NCBI RefSeq assembly: GCF_009914755.1
Contig: NC_060926.1
DNA length: 64,000 nucleotides
DNA from: the human T2T-CHM13v2.0 reference genome, Homo sapiens
Reading direction: 5' to 3' (one strand)
The notes below the pieces were generated by a model. That model worked only from the letters and a program-made list of their open reading frames with translations, did no database searches and was not told where the DNA came from. Position numbers and translations under genes: made by a program. Every line of letters starts with the position of its first letter. The stretch's first letter is position 1. Shown piece after piece: positions 35,612-53,012 of the stretch.

Positions 35612-36845
35612 TTCTTTTTTCTTCATTATAGATATTTTTATTTCTCCAAATTTGTTGTTTATCAGGAGTAACTGAAATAAAAAATATAATTGACTCCTAT
35701 CCTCATCATCATGGAAATGGCTTTAAGAGAAAACTGGTCAGATGAACATTATTGCTTCTCATTTTCAACAGCAAATAGTTGCCACAGATAAATTGACAGC
35801 CAGGAGTCTGTCAAGAATGCTCAGGACATGTTATATAATACAACATGCCTGTTCACCAGGAGAAAAATCCTAGAAAACAACTTATGTGTACTTCTTGATT
35901 TCATTATGCAAGACAAGCACAAAAGCACCACCCGTGCCTCTGAAAACACTGGACCATGCACCCTTAAAGGAAGCTTTGCCTCCTACATCACGAGCAATCT
36001 TCCTCCAGCAGTTAAGCATGCCTGTGTACATGATGTCAGTTCCTTTGCACCCTGACTGCATCATGTGGTGGCGAATGGTGTCAAATGGATAGGAAGTCAA
36101 CCCAGCAACAGCAGTGACGGTCTGTGTGATCATCTAGCTGATGAGGATGTGAGTGTTCTTGGGATCCGGAAGCATTCCCTTTGCAGTGTCATAGATACTG
36201 AAGTAGGCGGCTCGGTAGATGATAATACCCTGCACAGACATGTTAAAGCCTTGGTAGAGGCCCTTAATCCCATCAGATTTGTAAATCTTAACCAGGCAGT
36301 CACCGAGGCTTCGGAATTCCCTTTCAGCTCCAGCTTTACCCACATTGGCTGCTAGACGGGTAAGAGCAAAATCAAGAGGGTACACAAAACACAAGGATGT
36401 GGCCCCAGCAGCACTGCCTGATGTCAGATTCCCTTCAAAGTAGCGCCAAAACTGGGTCCTCTTGTCCACATCACCCAGGAAGATCTGCTTGTATTTATCT
36501 TTGAAGGCGAAGTTGAAAGCCTGGGTGGGGAAGTATCTGATGACATTGGCCAAGTTACCGCGCCAGAAGGACAGGACTCCCTGCTCCTTGGATATGCAGA
36601 CCACGCAGTCTATAATGCCTTTGTATTGCTTATCTGCGGTGACTTGTTTGCTGGCATGCTGCACCTGCAGCAGCAGCTTGACCCGCTGGATGGGCACTAC
36701 AGCCATCTTGGAGATGGCTGCGGCCACTCCACCTGCCAGGAAGTCCTTGGCAAAGGACACTGTGGCATCTGTCATGTTGAAAGGAAAGAGGAGGCAGGCT
36801 GCTAAGGGACGGGACTGGGCTGGGAACTGGCTTTGACTCGGGGTG
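35612..36845 (-). pseudogene. SLC25A5P: Processed pseudogene of SLC25A5 (ADP/ATP translocase 2, ANT2)
   Basis: Intronless CDS 36775-35882 from [16 protein letters not shown] to EIKKYT, with ANT2-type DKRTQFW, GAEREFR and KKYT; TAG replaces W214 at 36134-36136; RRRMMM changed to RHHMM; 5'UTR-like and 3'UTR-like flanks, AATAAA at 35642-35637 and a degraded A tract. Paralog number not determinable here. Confidence 0.96.
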
Positions 36846-37168
36846 TGAGAAGGACCATTTTAATGTCCTACACTGCTCATATCGGGCCATGGAGGTGGGA
36901 TATGCATCCTCCTCAGTGTTTTGTTGATGCTGTGAGACCCTGCTCCCTCTCTCCTACTTAGACTCTATAAGGTCTGAATGTCTTAACAGACCATCACTCC
37001 CACTGTCCCCCCGTTGAGTTGTCTGCTTTCCCCTACTTCATTGTCCCTTATTTCTCAATGATTTTTGTCAATTCCAGCCTTTTTTCTTAATTTAAAATTT
37101 TAATTTTTGTGGGTACATAGTACCAGTACATAGTATATACACTGTCAGTCTTTTAAACAACATTCCTG

Positions 37169-40054
<2,886 letters not shown>

Positions 40055-40059
40055 AAATA

Positions 40060-41820
40060 TTTCTGAAATATGAAGGTTGTATATTATTTCTTAGAATTAT
40101 TTATAGTTATCTTTCAGAATCTTCTGTTATTAAACAGAATATTTTTTAAAAATGCATTTCCTAACTATGCATAGGAAAATGATTGCATTTTGTACATAAA
40201 TCTTATATTTAGTAAACTGGCTAAATTATTCATTGTTCTACAAGATCTTCTGTGAATTCTGTGGCTTTCTGAATAAAAATGTTTACCTTGAGATAATTAT
40301 AGTTTTGCTTCTTTCTAATCTTTACCTTCAAATTCGTGTGTGAGTGTATCTGTGTGATGCATAGACATGTTGGAAGGCAGAAATGATATTGAGAAGCCTG
40401 ACTTGTTACTGATTTTAAAGGGCATGCTTTTAAGGTTTAATCATTAACTATGATTTAAAACATCCATTTATAGTAGACATGATTTCTTAGATTAAGGGAA
40501 TTCCCTTCTCTTCCTAGTTTGTAAGTTTGTTATTGAATCATTCATAGGTATTAGATGATATTTTCCTACAATTATTGAGATTGTTATGTGGTGTTTTAAA
40601 ATGTTAAATCTTTTAAATGGACGGATTTTATCTTTAGAATTTCTAAGGTTGAACCATTCTTGCATTTGTGTGACAAATCCAACTTGTTCATGATGTATTA
40701 TTTAAAAAATATATTGTTGGGTTTAGCTAGTTGATATCTTACAATTTTGTGACTACGTTCATGAAAATATTGTCCTATAATATTCTATTTTTACACTGTT
40801 CTTGCCTGGTTTTGATTTCAGTTATACTAGCTTCATACTGTGGATTGGTAAGCATTTACTTTTTTTTTCTATTCTCTGGATAATTTCCACAATGTTGGAA
40901 TGATCTCTGACTTGACAGTTGATTGGAATCACCTGTAAAGTATCAGGCACTGGAGACTTCATGTGTAAATATGTTTTAACTATGATTCAACATCTCTAAG
41001 GATTCCAAAAAAATTTTAGATGTTCTATTTCTTTTTGTCAGTTTGGCAAGTTACATATTATTTTCTCAGAAATTGTACATCATAGCTAGACTTTCAAGTT
41101 TACTGGCTTAACATACAAAATCCTTCTTTTCTTTTTAATTTTGACTGTAGCTATTAGGTTACCTTTTCACTACTAATATAATTTTTAACACCTCTATTTT
41201 TTGTGATCAATCTTGATAGAGTCTATTTTATTTGTGATTCCAAGAAACTTACTTTTGCTTTTGTTTGTTCTTTATATATTTTTCTCTTCCATGAATTTCT
41301 AGTTTTAGCTGTAATATTTCTTTTTTTTCCCTACTATCTTTTTTTTTTTTTTTTTTTTTTTGAGATAGAGTCTTGCTCTCTCATCCAGGCTGGAGTGCAA
41401 TGGTGCGATCTTGGCTCACTGCAACCTCCGCCTCCCCGGGTTCAAGTGATTCTCCTGCCTCAGCCTCCTGAGTAGCTGGGATTACAGGCACATGCCACCC
41501 CACCTGGCTAATTTTTGTACTTTTAGTAGAGACAGCGTTTCACCATGTTGGCCAGGCTGGTACTGAACTCTTTACCTCAAGTGATCTGCCTGCCTTCAGC
41601 CTCCCAAAGTGCTGGGATTACAGGCATGAGCCACCGTGCCTGGGTGCTTTTGGGTTAGATGCCTACCTAATTACTCGTTATCATTTCTTCTTTTTTAATA
41701 TACACATTTAAAGTCATACATTTCCTGGTGAGGAATTAGATATGTATTATATTTATTACCATTTGGTTCTATATATTTTAAAATTTTTATTATGATTTAT
41801 TCTTTAACTCAGTAGTTATG
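40060..41820 (-). mobile_element. Old L1M ORF2 remnant containing an AluSz-like element (about 41339-41644, minus)
   Basis: GTTGAACCATTCTTGCATT..CCAACTTGTTCATGATGTATTA antisense L1 motifs. Confidence 0.65.
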
Positions 41821-42054
41821 TAGAACAGTGCTGTTTATTAGAAATATAATGTAAGCAAGTGTAATTTAAAAAACTTTAGCAGCCACAATAAAAATTGAAA
41901 TTAAAAAATGAAATTTATTTTAACATAACATTTTATTTAACTCAATATAAACGAAGTTATTTTAACATGTAATCAGTATGAAAATTATTGTATTATTATT
42001 TTACACTTTTTGTTTTCTACTAAGTCTTTGACATCTGGTGTATATTTTATTCTT

Positions 42055-42351
42055 TTTTGTTTTTTTGAGACAGAGTCTTGCTCTGTCACCAAGGCTGGAG
42101 TGCATTGGCACGATCTTGGCTCACTGCAGCCTCCGCCTCCCTCCCGGATTCAAGCAATTCTCTGCCTCAGGCTTCCAAGTAACTGGGATTACAGGCGCCC
42201 ACCGCCACGCCTGGCTAATTGTTTTGTATTTTTACTAGAGACAGGGTTTCACCATCTTCGCCAGGCTGGTCTCGAACTCCTGACCTTGTGATCCACCTGT
42301 GTCGGCCTCCCAAAGTGCTGGGATTACGGGTGTGAGCCATCGCACCTGGCC
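42055..42351 (-). mobile_element. AluS (Sg-like) SINE
   Basis: Antisense dimer; ttattctt on both flanks. Confidence 0.9.
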
Positions 42352-42360
42352 GTTATTCTT

Positions 42361-42621
42361 TTTTTTTTTTTTTGAGACAGAGTCTCACTTCGGCTCACTG
42401 CAACCTCTGCCTCCCGGGTTCCAACAATTCTGCCTCAGCCTCCCAAGTAGCTGAGATTACAGGCCCCTGCCACCATGCCTGGCTAATATTTTTGTATTTT
42501 TAGTAGAGACGGGGTTTCACCATATTGGCTAGGCTGGTCTCAAACTCCTGACCTTAGGTGATCCACCCGCCTCGGCCTCCCAAAGTGCTGGGATTACAGG
42601 TGTGAGCCACTGCGCCTAGCC
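42361..42621 (-). mobile_element. AluSx with a ~35 bp right-arm deletion
   Basis: GAGTCTCACT joined directly to TCGGCTCACTG; ttattctt on both flanks. Confidence 0.9.
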
Positions 42622-42776
42622 CCTTTATTCTTAAAATACATCTTCATTTGGACACTAAATTTTCATTATAGATTCTTCATCTGTATTTAAACTTAACAAA
42701 ATTTACATTTCAAAAGTAGATTCACATAATTGAAAGTTTTCTAGTAATTGAACTGAGTATCAAAAACTGCTTTTCC

Positions 42777-42940
42777 AGCTGGGTGCAGAGGCTCACGCCT
42801 GTAATTTCAGTATTTTGGTAGGCTGAGGTGGGAGGATCACTTGAGCCCAGGAATTCAAGGCTGCAGCGAGCTATGAGTGCACCACTGTGCTCCAGTATGG
42901 GTGAACAGAATGAGACCCTGTCTCAAAAAAAAAAAGAAAG
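42777..42940 (+). mobile_element. FRAM/AluJ monomer
   Basis: GAGCCCAGGAATTCAAGGCTGCAGCGAGCTATGA; A tail. Confidence 0.8.
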
Positions 42941-43431
42941 AAATTTTCCTTTAGTATTTAAACCCACATTAACAAAATTAGTTCCTCTGTTTTAGAATAG
43001 CTGATTTGATTTTGATGCAAAAGTATATCATTTTCAAACTGTAAGTGCAATAACTTTACTATTTTTCAACTCAGTATTAACATTTAATTGAAAGGGTATT
43101 GTATAAATTCTAAATTTACAAATATCAACAATGTGTTATTCCTTTTACTTACTGTCGTCAATCAAATCTTCATGTTGATTCATGCTAGAAAAATGCGTAA
43201 AATTATTACCATTGCTTTTTATGTAAGTTTTAATTTCAGCATAAATTTTCATACCTGTCTAGCTAGATCACAAGTAAACTTTTCCTTGAAACTTCACAGA
43301 TAACTTCTTCATATGCAGTGTGATATCTGTGAGGAACTATAAATCACATTGCTATTTTTCTGTTTTTTGATTATTGCATATTTGGGAAATATATTTCTAT
43401 TTCAAGGAAACCTTGAATAGGAGTTAAAGGT

Positions 43432-44025
43432 TGTGCCATAAGCTGTTAGCTCAGTGGGCTTGGTTTGCTCAAACACCACATATTCCATGGAAAGGACTGG
43501 CCCTTCACCTGCCTCCTAGGAGATAACCCTTAAGCCTTTGTAATATCCTGCTTTATCAGTGTCTTTGTATATCTGAGGCTTTGGTCCACATCAGATAGTT
43601 TATGCTAACAATATGATTTATGGTGAATTTCTGCTCTTGTTCGCTTGGGGCCCTGGACCACGCTGTATCAGTTTGACTTCTAGAGAAAGAGTAGTTAAGG
43701 TGAGCCATGCAGACATGCCCACTGACTCCTAATAAAAACTCTAGACCTCAAGGCTCAGGTGAACTTCCTTGGTTGGCAACACTTTGCATATGCTGTCAAA
43801 CACTACTGCTGAGAGAATTAAGCCCTATCTGTGTGACTCCACTTGGAGAGAACAACTGGAAGCTTATACCTGGTTTCACCTGGTGCCTGTTTCCTTTGCT
43901 AATTTTAATTGGTATCCTTTAGGTGTTATAAGCCATAATCATTAGTTTAATAGCTTTTCTGAGCTCTGTGAATCATTCTAATGGGATGTTAAACCAGAGG
44001 ATGGCCTTGGGAGACCCCCCAGTAT
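43432..44025 (+). mobile_element. ERVL-class LTR (MER68/MER77/MER21 family), 5' LTR of the provirus
   Basis: GATAGTTTATGCTAACAATATGATTTATGG, AATAAAAACTCTAGAC, GGACAACTGGAAGC-like motifs; followed by a degenerate tRNA-Leu-like PBS. Confidence 0.7.
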
Positions 44026-47000
44026 AGTTGGGATTGTAAGTAGGATTTGTTGGGATGACCCTTACTCGCTGAAACATGGCAAAAGCATAGTTTGGGAAAT
44101 GAAAGAATGAGAGGACAGGGGTGGACAAACTTTTGATTCCTATATGGCCACTAGATATGAAACAGCTTGAAATAGCGGCTGTGCCATGATTCTTTACTAT
44201 AGGTAAAAGTCTCCAGTGGAATTTAGAAATGGTAAGTCCAACTCTCAAGTATTTGGGTTCCCTGTATACATCAGGAAATGCAAAACAAGAAACTAGCCAA
44301 ATGTACAATTCCTTGCTTAGTGTTATCCATAATAGCTGAAATGAAAGTAGAAGATAGTGTTGGGGCAGATCCTAACACTGCATATATACCAAGCTCAGAT
44401 TTCAGCCACTAAGCCTCAGGGCCACCACCAAAAGGATAATTTATGGTGGGACAACAGATAGAACCTCTGCAATCTCTGTTTACCAAGCAAGCAGTCTAAG
44501 TGGGAGAGGAGGGCCAAACCAAGAAACTACTGAAAGCAGAGGGTATGGCGTGAAGGAGTTGTCTCAATTTGTGGATTAATATCAATAACTTCCTAAAAAA
44601 CCTTTACTAAAATGGATCGTGAGAGTGGCCAGTTCAGGGGCAAGTCACTCTCCTTGCTTTTGAATTCTGCAGAATGAAAGAGCATGTTTGGGTTGACACA
44701 TAGCTATTGACTAATCACAGATGACTGTATATGATTCAGACACATAGCATGTTATTTCCAAGGAGACAGATTGTGTGGAGGACTGAGTGGAATTCATCTG
44801 AGCATATGAATTCTCCTTCTCCTCCTTTAAATGCGAAAAAGAACTCCACAGATGAAGTGGCCAATATGTTGCATATGCAAGCCATGCTAGATTGACTTTA
44901 TGATGATCAGGATGTCTCATAACCAGGTCATGGTAAATGCAGTGATTAAGGGAAGCTCTTTTGTGTGGGCACCCTATGTAAGCTTACTGCTGTAAAATCA
45001 AGCAATGGTCTGTGGGTGGGCCTTGTTAGGTTTGTTGTCTCAGCTTTGCCTTCTGGGTCTACAGATGCTGAGAAAGAGCAATTCGCAAAAGAATGAGGCA
45101 AAGACAAAGGGTAGATTCAAGGGACTCTTCCCAGCAGGGTGAAAAATTTTAGATGGCAATTATTAAGTAGCATGAATAAAGCAAACATTGATGGGTTTGA
45201 AACAAGGTCTTGAAGCAGCACTGTGGGAAGCTGGGTGTACATATGGGAGCCCCTGATGGACCCCAGCATTGAAAAGCCATAAACAAAACCACTCTATTTA
45301 CTTAATTTTAAAGAGTTTAAAAAGTTAGAAAGCAAAGGTGATAATGAGAAACCTGACTTAATTGCTGGGGGTGATGGTCTGGCCAGTTAATCAGGATGAA
45401 GATTTATAAAGGAATGAGGGTGTTGTTGTGCAATCCCTACATACACATATGTGGGTAAAATGGCCATCAAGTGGAAAAGAAAGTTTCCTGGGACTCCTTA
45501 ATATGGGAGTCAAATGCACTGTGATTCCAGAACCTTTTGGTGAATTTCTAATAGGGCTACAGTTAGATTGAAGGATATGGAGATGCAGTGGTTGATGGGA
45601 TTTAGGTGAAAGTTTGGATAAAAATTAGAATATTCAAATGTACTTTAAGTGAAATCATTGTGTCTACTTTCCCTGAATGTATTATTGGAGTAAATATTAT
45701 GCTTGACTGGGGAACACTTGTCTACCTAGTATTGTAAAACATGAGGCATGTAGGTTATCTTTCAGCTAGTATTAATTGGACATTCCAAATGAGAATCTAT
45801 AGAATTGCCTGATCCCATACAGGTTGTTAATCTGAAACAGTATAGAATACCTGGTGGACAATAAAGACCTTACTACTTTAATTAAGGACAATATTAGAAG
45901 CTGGAGTGCTGGTATCAAAAGTTCTCTGTACAATAGCCCTGGGTGACCCATGAAAAAGTACGTGACTAATGGAGATTCAAAGTATACTACTGAGGCTGGA
46001 ATAAAGATGTGCAGCCTGTAGCATCAGCCGTCCTTGATATGGTTTCAATAGTGCAAAAATACAGTAGGCCAAAGAGAATGATGCTCAGTGATTTATCTTG
46101 CAAATTCTTTTTTTCCTGTATCAATCAGAAAAGAGCCAACCATAGTTTGGCTTTACATGGAAGGATCCCATTTTACATTTACTGTATCGCCACAGGGTTA
46201 TTTGATATAACCAGCTTATTTTCATAATTTGATTAGAAGAGATTCAGACTTGATGCAGGTCTGAAGTTTAATAATGCACATATATTAATAATATAAAAAA
46301 TCAGAAACAGAAGAATGAGCAAAACTGACATTAATGCAATGCTGGCGCACATTGCCAACAAAAACCTGATTGATAAATCTAGCAAAGATTCAGGGTTCTG
46401 CCCAAATGATAAAATTCTTAGTAATAACCTGGACAGGAGCCACCACAGGCATTCCACAGATGACTGAAAATAAGCTGCTGTTGTTGTCTCTCCTGAGAAC
46501 TAAGTAAGAATCACAGTACCTTGCCAATTTCCTTGTATTTTGGAGGATACATATTCCACATCTGGGAATATTGCTAGATTCTATCCATAAAACTACCTGA
46601 AAGAAGGTCATATTTGAATGGAATCCTCAACAAAACCAGACTATGTCTGAATTGCAAAAAGTGGTAGCCCTCTCAATCCTTTTGGCCCTTATGATCCACA
46701 CTCAGGTAGGATTTTGGAAGCATCTGTAACACACACTTATGCAGACTAGAGCTTATGGCAAAAGTCTGTCGCTACCACCCGGAGTGACTGCTGGAATTTA
46801 GAAACAGAAAATTTCCGTATGCAGTAGTATTGTATATACCCTTTGAGAGACAATTACCAGCTTGCACTGACAATAATCGAAACTGCCCCTATGACTGAAG
46901 GACATAAAATAATGTGGAATCCTGAAATATCCATAATGTCTTGGATGATATTAGAGAAACATTTTAATATGGAATGCAGACACAAAATAGTTCCATAATA

Positions 47001-47926
47001 AAATGGAAATGATTTATATGGGAACATGCTACTTGGGAGAGTGCAAGGAGGTAGTCATCACATTTAAGAGCAGATACCCCTCTTCCCCCTATAGCTGACT
47101 TTGGAACCACAAGAGGAACTGCAGGATGTTACTGTCACACCAGTGGTGCCCTATGAACAGCTCTCTATTGGCCAAGAAAACACTGCTTGGTTTATGGATG
47201 GCAGCTGCCAGGTGGACCGACATCACCTTATTTGAAGGCCTGTCACACTGTGACTGACTGATGGAAAAACTGATTGAAGAAGGCAAGAACCAATCACCTT
47301 AGTAGACTGAATAGCATGGTGTTTTTCTTGCAGTGGTGGAAGAATTGAACAATGATAATAGCCCCTATGTTTGGGTTTTTGCCAACTCATGGGCATTGGC
47401 CAATGGTTTGGCTATATGGTCAGTTAGATGGGCAATGAAAAATTAGACTAATAAAGAGATTCCTGTATAGGGTATGCCCCTATGGAAATGACTACGGGAA
47501 TATAAATGATGCATTAAAGTAGGAAATCTTGATGCCCATCAGAAGAACATCCTTCTAAGATTGGAAGGTGATTGAAACCACCAAATCTGGTGTTTTCGCT
47601 TGAGGGGGCCACCTAGGTCCATGAAATGAATGAATATGGAGGAGCTGTAGGAATGCAAAGATGGTCTGGTCATCAACATACACCTTTTACACCTCTGCGG
47701 CACAAAATGTCAACAAGAACTGTCCAGTCTACCAGCAAGAAAGACAGAGACTGTGGAGGGCTATGGGACAGGCTCCCCAGGGAGAAGGACCTGCACGGAG
47801 CTGGAAAATAGGCTACATTGGACTGGTGCCAGTATCTCAGAGAGACTGTAATTGTATCTTGACAAGAATAAACACTAACTTAGGACTGGACTTTGCCTAC
47901 CTGATGGGAGAAGAAAATGCTCACAA

Positions 47927-48419
47927 TGTTACCCAAACATCAGACTTCAGTCTAGATCCTGCTGTTCACTGCACAGAAAAACGATCACTGAGACAAGGAG
48001 TATTGCCAGGGAAGAAGGATTTATTTGCATGCTGCAGCCAAGGAGAACAGGAGATCAGGCTCAAATTTGTCTCCTCAACTGACTGAAATTTGGGGTTTAT
48101 ATAGCAGGGAGGAAATGTAACCACATGTGAAAAAATAGGAATTCGGGAAAGATAAGGAAGAGGAATTGGTCAACAGGAAGCAGGTGGTCGGTTAGCCAAT
48201 CATGATGGGTGACAGGTCTGGTGTCTCACTATCTAGATGTGATGATATGGTGAGTTTCGTCTTCTTGATACTGTCTGGGTGGCCTGTGGGTCAGTTTCCA
48301 AGAAAGGAACTCAGATAAGACAAATGTAAGTTTCAAGCTTTAAGACTGAGGAGGTCAATTTCTATGTTTATCCAAAAAATAGTAAACATTACTTCCATGG
48401 GCCAGTTGGGCTGATTTTA
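47927..48419 (-). mobile_element. ERV1 solo LTR (MER66-like)
   Basis: TGTTACCC.. start, same family as 58365-58856; 4 bp TSD acaa; interrupts the integrase frame. Confidence 0.75.
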
Positions 48420-48435
48420 ACAAGACTAAAAGGTC

Positions 48436-50869
48436 TGTACTGGTCCATTCTTGCATTGCTATTAAGAAATGCCTCAGGCTGGGTAGTTTATAAGAAAAGA
48501 GGTTTAATTGGCTCACGTTTCTTCAGACTGTATGGGAAGCCTAGAAGCATCTGTCTCTGGGGAGGCCTCAGGAGGCTTACAATCATGTCAGAAGGCAAAG
48601 GGGGAACAGGCACATGACATGGTGAAAGCAGGAGCAAGCAGGAGAGGTCAAGGGAAGGGGAGTGCCACACACTTTTAAATGACAGGATTGTGCAAGCACT
48701 CACTATCATGAAGACAGCACCAAGCCATGAGAGATCTACCCCCCTGATTAAAATACAATTTGACATGAGATTTGGGCAGGGACAAATATGCAAACTGTTT
48801 CAATCTGCCCTGGCCCCTCCTAAATTTCACATCTTTCTCACATTGCAAAATATAATCATACCTTCCCAACAGTCCCCCAAAGTCTTAACTCATTCCAGTG
48901 TTAATTCAAAAGTCCAAAGTTCAAAGTCTCATCTGAGACAAGGAAAATCCCTTCTACCTATGAGCCTGTAAAATGAGAAATGAGTTAGTTACTTCCATGA
49001 TACAATAGAGGTATAGGAATTGGGTAAACATTGTTGTTCCAAAAGGGAGAAATTGGCTAAAAGAAAAGGGCTACAGGCCCCATGGAAGTTTGAAACCCAG
49101 CAGGGCAGTCATTAAATCTTTAAGCTCCAAAGTAATTTCCTTAGACTCCATATCCTGTACCCAGGGCATACTAGTGCAAGGGATGGGCTCCCAAGGCCTC
49201 AGGCAACCCTGTGGCTTTGCAGGGTGCAGCCCCCACAGCTGCTCTCATGAGATGGAGTGCTGCATCTTTCCCAGGTGCAGTGTCCAAGCTACTGGTGGAT
49301 CTACCATTTTTGGGTCTAGAGGATGGTGGCTTTCTTCTCACAGTTCCACTAGGCAGATCCCCACTGGGGACTCTGTGTGGGGGCTCTAGCCCTACATTTC
49401 TCCTTAGGGGGCTCTAGTAGAGGTTCTCTGGGGGCTCTGCCTCTGCAACAGGCTTCTGTCTGGGCACCCAGGCTTTTCCATACATCTTCTGAAGTCTGGG
49501 TGGAGAGTGCCAAGCCTTATTCACTCTTGCACTCTGTGCACCTGCAAGCTTATCACCAAGCTGCCAAGTCTTATGGTTTGTGTTCTCCAAAGTGGCAGCC
49601 TGAGCTGTACCTGGCCCCCTTTGAACCATAGCTGGAGCTGGAGCAGCTGGGATGTAGGGAGCAGTGTTCCCAGGCTGCACAGGGCAGTGGGTCCCTGGAC
49701 CTGGCCTACAAAACCATTCTGTTTTGCAAAACCATTCCATCCTCTTAGGCCTCTGGGCCTGCCATGAGAGAGGCAGCCACTAAGGTTTCTGAAATGCTTT
49801 TGAGGCCTTTCTCCATTGTCTTGGATATTAGCTCTTGGTTCCCTTTTAGTTACGCTAATTTCTCTAGCAAGTGGTTGTTCCAGAGCCTGCTTGACTCTTT
49901 CTATGCCACATGGCTAGGCTGCAAATTTCCCAAGTTTTATGCTCTGCTTTCCTTTTAAATATAAATTCCATCTTTAAGTCTTTTTTTTTCCTCCTGTACG
50001 TGAGCTGAGGCTGTTAGAAGCAGCCAGGCCACATCTTGAACACTTTGCTGCTCAGAAATTTTTTCCACCAGATACTCTAAATCATCACTCTTAAGCTTAA
50101 ACTTCCACAGATCCCTAGGATCTGAACAAAATTCAGCCAACTTCTTTGCTAAAGCATAACATGTGGGACCTTTGCTCAAGTTCCTAGTAAGTCCCTCATT
50201 TTTATCTGAGACCTTGTTGGCCTAGACTTTACTGACTGTATGACTATCAGCATTTTGGTCATAACCATTTAACCAGTCTTTAAGAAGTTCCAAACATTTT
50301 CTCATTTTCTTTTCTTCTTCTGAGCCCTCCAAACTCTTGTAACCTCTTCTCATGACCCAGTTCCAAAGTTGCTTCTACATTTTCAGTTATCTTTATACCA
50401 ATGTACCATTCCTAGATTCACTCTTGAACTAATGTTTTGTTTTAGGCCATTCTTGCATTGCTATAAATAAGTGCCTCAGGCTGGGCAATCTAAAAGAAAA
50501 GAGGTTTAATTGGCTCATGGTTCTGCAGGCTGTACAGGAAGTGTAGTGGCATCTGCTTCTAGGGCGCCCTCAGGAAGCTTACAATCATGGCAGAAGGTGA
50601 AGGAGCAGGAGGCACCTCACATGGCAAAAGCAGGAGCAAGCGACAGAGAGTGGGAGGGAGGTGCCACACACTTTTAAATGACCGGATTTTGTGAGAACTC
50701 ACTATCACAAAGAGCACCAAGCCATGAGGGATCCACTTTCAAGATCCAAACACCTCTCACCAGGCCTCACCTCCAGCACTGGGGATTACAATCCAACATG
50801 AGATTTGGCGAGGGACGAATCTACAAACAATACAGATTGTAATAGAAGACAAATATACAAACTATATCA
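48436..50869 (-). mobile_element. Full MST (MaLR) element: LTR-internal-LTR
   Basis: Two similar LTRs (about 48436-48800 and 50433-50835) sharing CCATTCTTGCATTGCTAT..TGCCTCAGGCTGGG around a 1.6 kb MaLR internal sequence. Confidence 0.9.
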
Positions 50870-51564
50870 GACTGTAAAAGAAGATACTGTGCCAACTTGG
50901 ACCACCAAGTTACTTTGTTTTTTATACCAAATATCATACTTTACAACCCATAGTGTCCAACAACAAGTAAATAGATCAACCAAGTAAACATGTTGCATAT
51001 TATCCTCAAAGTAATGGTTTAATTGAATACTGTTGTTTAAAATGGGGGTGGGGGATAAAGGCATGAAGGGCTGGCTTACATGCCTTCATGAGTGTGTGCT
51101 CACATTTAATATGATGGGGGGGCTAGGAGAGGGATGGATATTATGTCTGACTGAGAATAATTCCCTACCTCGTACTATAAAACAGAAGACAGGTAATTTC
51201 ACCTAGATAGATTCCTCTGCCTTTCCATGGAACTTGTGGAAGGGAGCTAGGGGAATATGCTGGTACAACAATACAGTTCTTTCCTACATGTCCTCAATTA
51301 TTTTGTTTCCTACCTGATGCAGTAGTCCCAGGACCGGGGCTGCAACTGCAGATGCCAGAAGCAGGGATGATTGCTATGCAAGAAACTGTAACAATATCTT
51401 TAAACTTTTATGCCGGAATTCCTGAAGGCCTGATGGAATGGAATTTGCCTTCATCCTATCTGGCAAAATTGGAGTTGACAGTAAATGCAGCTGTATTGGT
51501 ATTGCTTAGCGGTTGTAATGGCCTACAAATTCTGTACCTATGTAATCCTACCCTGAATGGGTGG

Positions 51565-51909
51565 TGCTATGGTTTGACTGTTTCTCCCAAAAAGCATGTG
51601 TTTCAAACTTAATTCCCAGTGCAACAGTGCTGGGATGTGGGACCTAAAGGGATGTGTATAGGTCATGAAGGGTTCACCCTTATGAGTGGATTAATGCTAA
51701 TTACAAAAGTGCTTGAGGCTGCAAGTTTGATCTCTTGATTTCTTGTCCTCTTTTTGCCCTTCTGCCACAGGATGACACATCTAGAAGACCCTCACCTTAT
51801 GCTTATGCTGGCCCCTTGATCTTGGCCTCCAGAAATGTGAGAAAATAAATTTTCGTTCATTATAAATTAGTCAGTGTTCTGTTATAGCAGCACAAAATGG
51901 ACTAAAACA
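51565..51909 (+). mobile_element. MST/MLT1A-type solo LTR
   Basis: TGCTATGGTTTGA..ATAGCAGCACAAAATGGACTAAAACA. Confidence 0.8.
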
Positions 51910-52213
51910 GAAAAGAATGAACTGAGGAGACACTTGACAGCCTGGTGTTTGTGCTCACAATCCAGACCAGCGGAGTGGCTATATAACTGTAATATGTTCA
52001 TTGTCCAATGCACACAGCAAGTCAACATGCTAAGACACTGGCTTGCAACAGAGAAAGAGGCTTAATCATAGGGCTGCTGAATGATGAACAAAGCCATCTC
52101 CCCAAGGAGTTTGGGGATGGGGTTTTGGAGTGGGTAGAAGTGTAGAGATCTTTGATGGGTTGAAGAGTGCAGGGTGAAGTCATGGGACAGGGAAATAAAC
52201 TATATTCTCATAC

Positions 52214-52955
<742 letters not shown>

Positions 52956-53012
52956 TGGGGTCAGCTGTTATACTGGAATTCAGGATCTGAAAAATATCTT
53001 AAGCAATTCTTT

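Larger units (their letters stand above)
41826..43430. mobile_element. hAT-Charlie DNA transposon remnant (MER33/Charlie5-like) with nested Alus
   Basis: CAGTGCTGT..TAGAAATATAATGTAAGC terminus, CTAAGTCTTTGACATCTGGTGTATATTTTA, AAAAGTAGATTCACATA. Confidence 0.6.

Noticed and set aside
35601-36862. Possible TSD of the pseudogene (gtgaaggccttcttt vs gtgagaaggaccatttt)
   Set aside because: Too degenerate to support
35886-36890. Antisense and alternative-frame ORFs over the pseudogene
   Set aside because: Shadows of the codon bias of the ANT2 CDS
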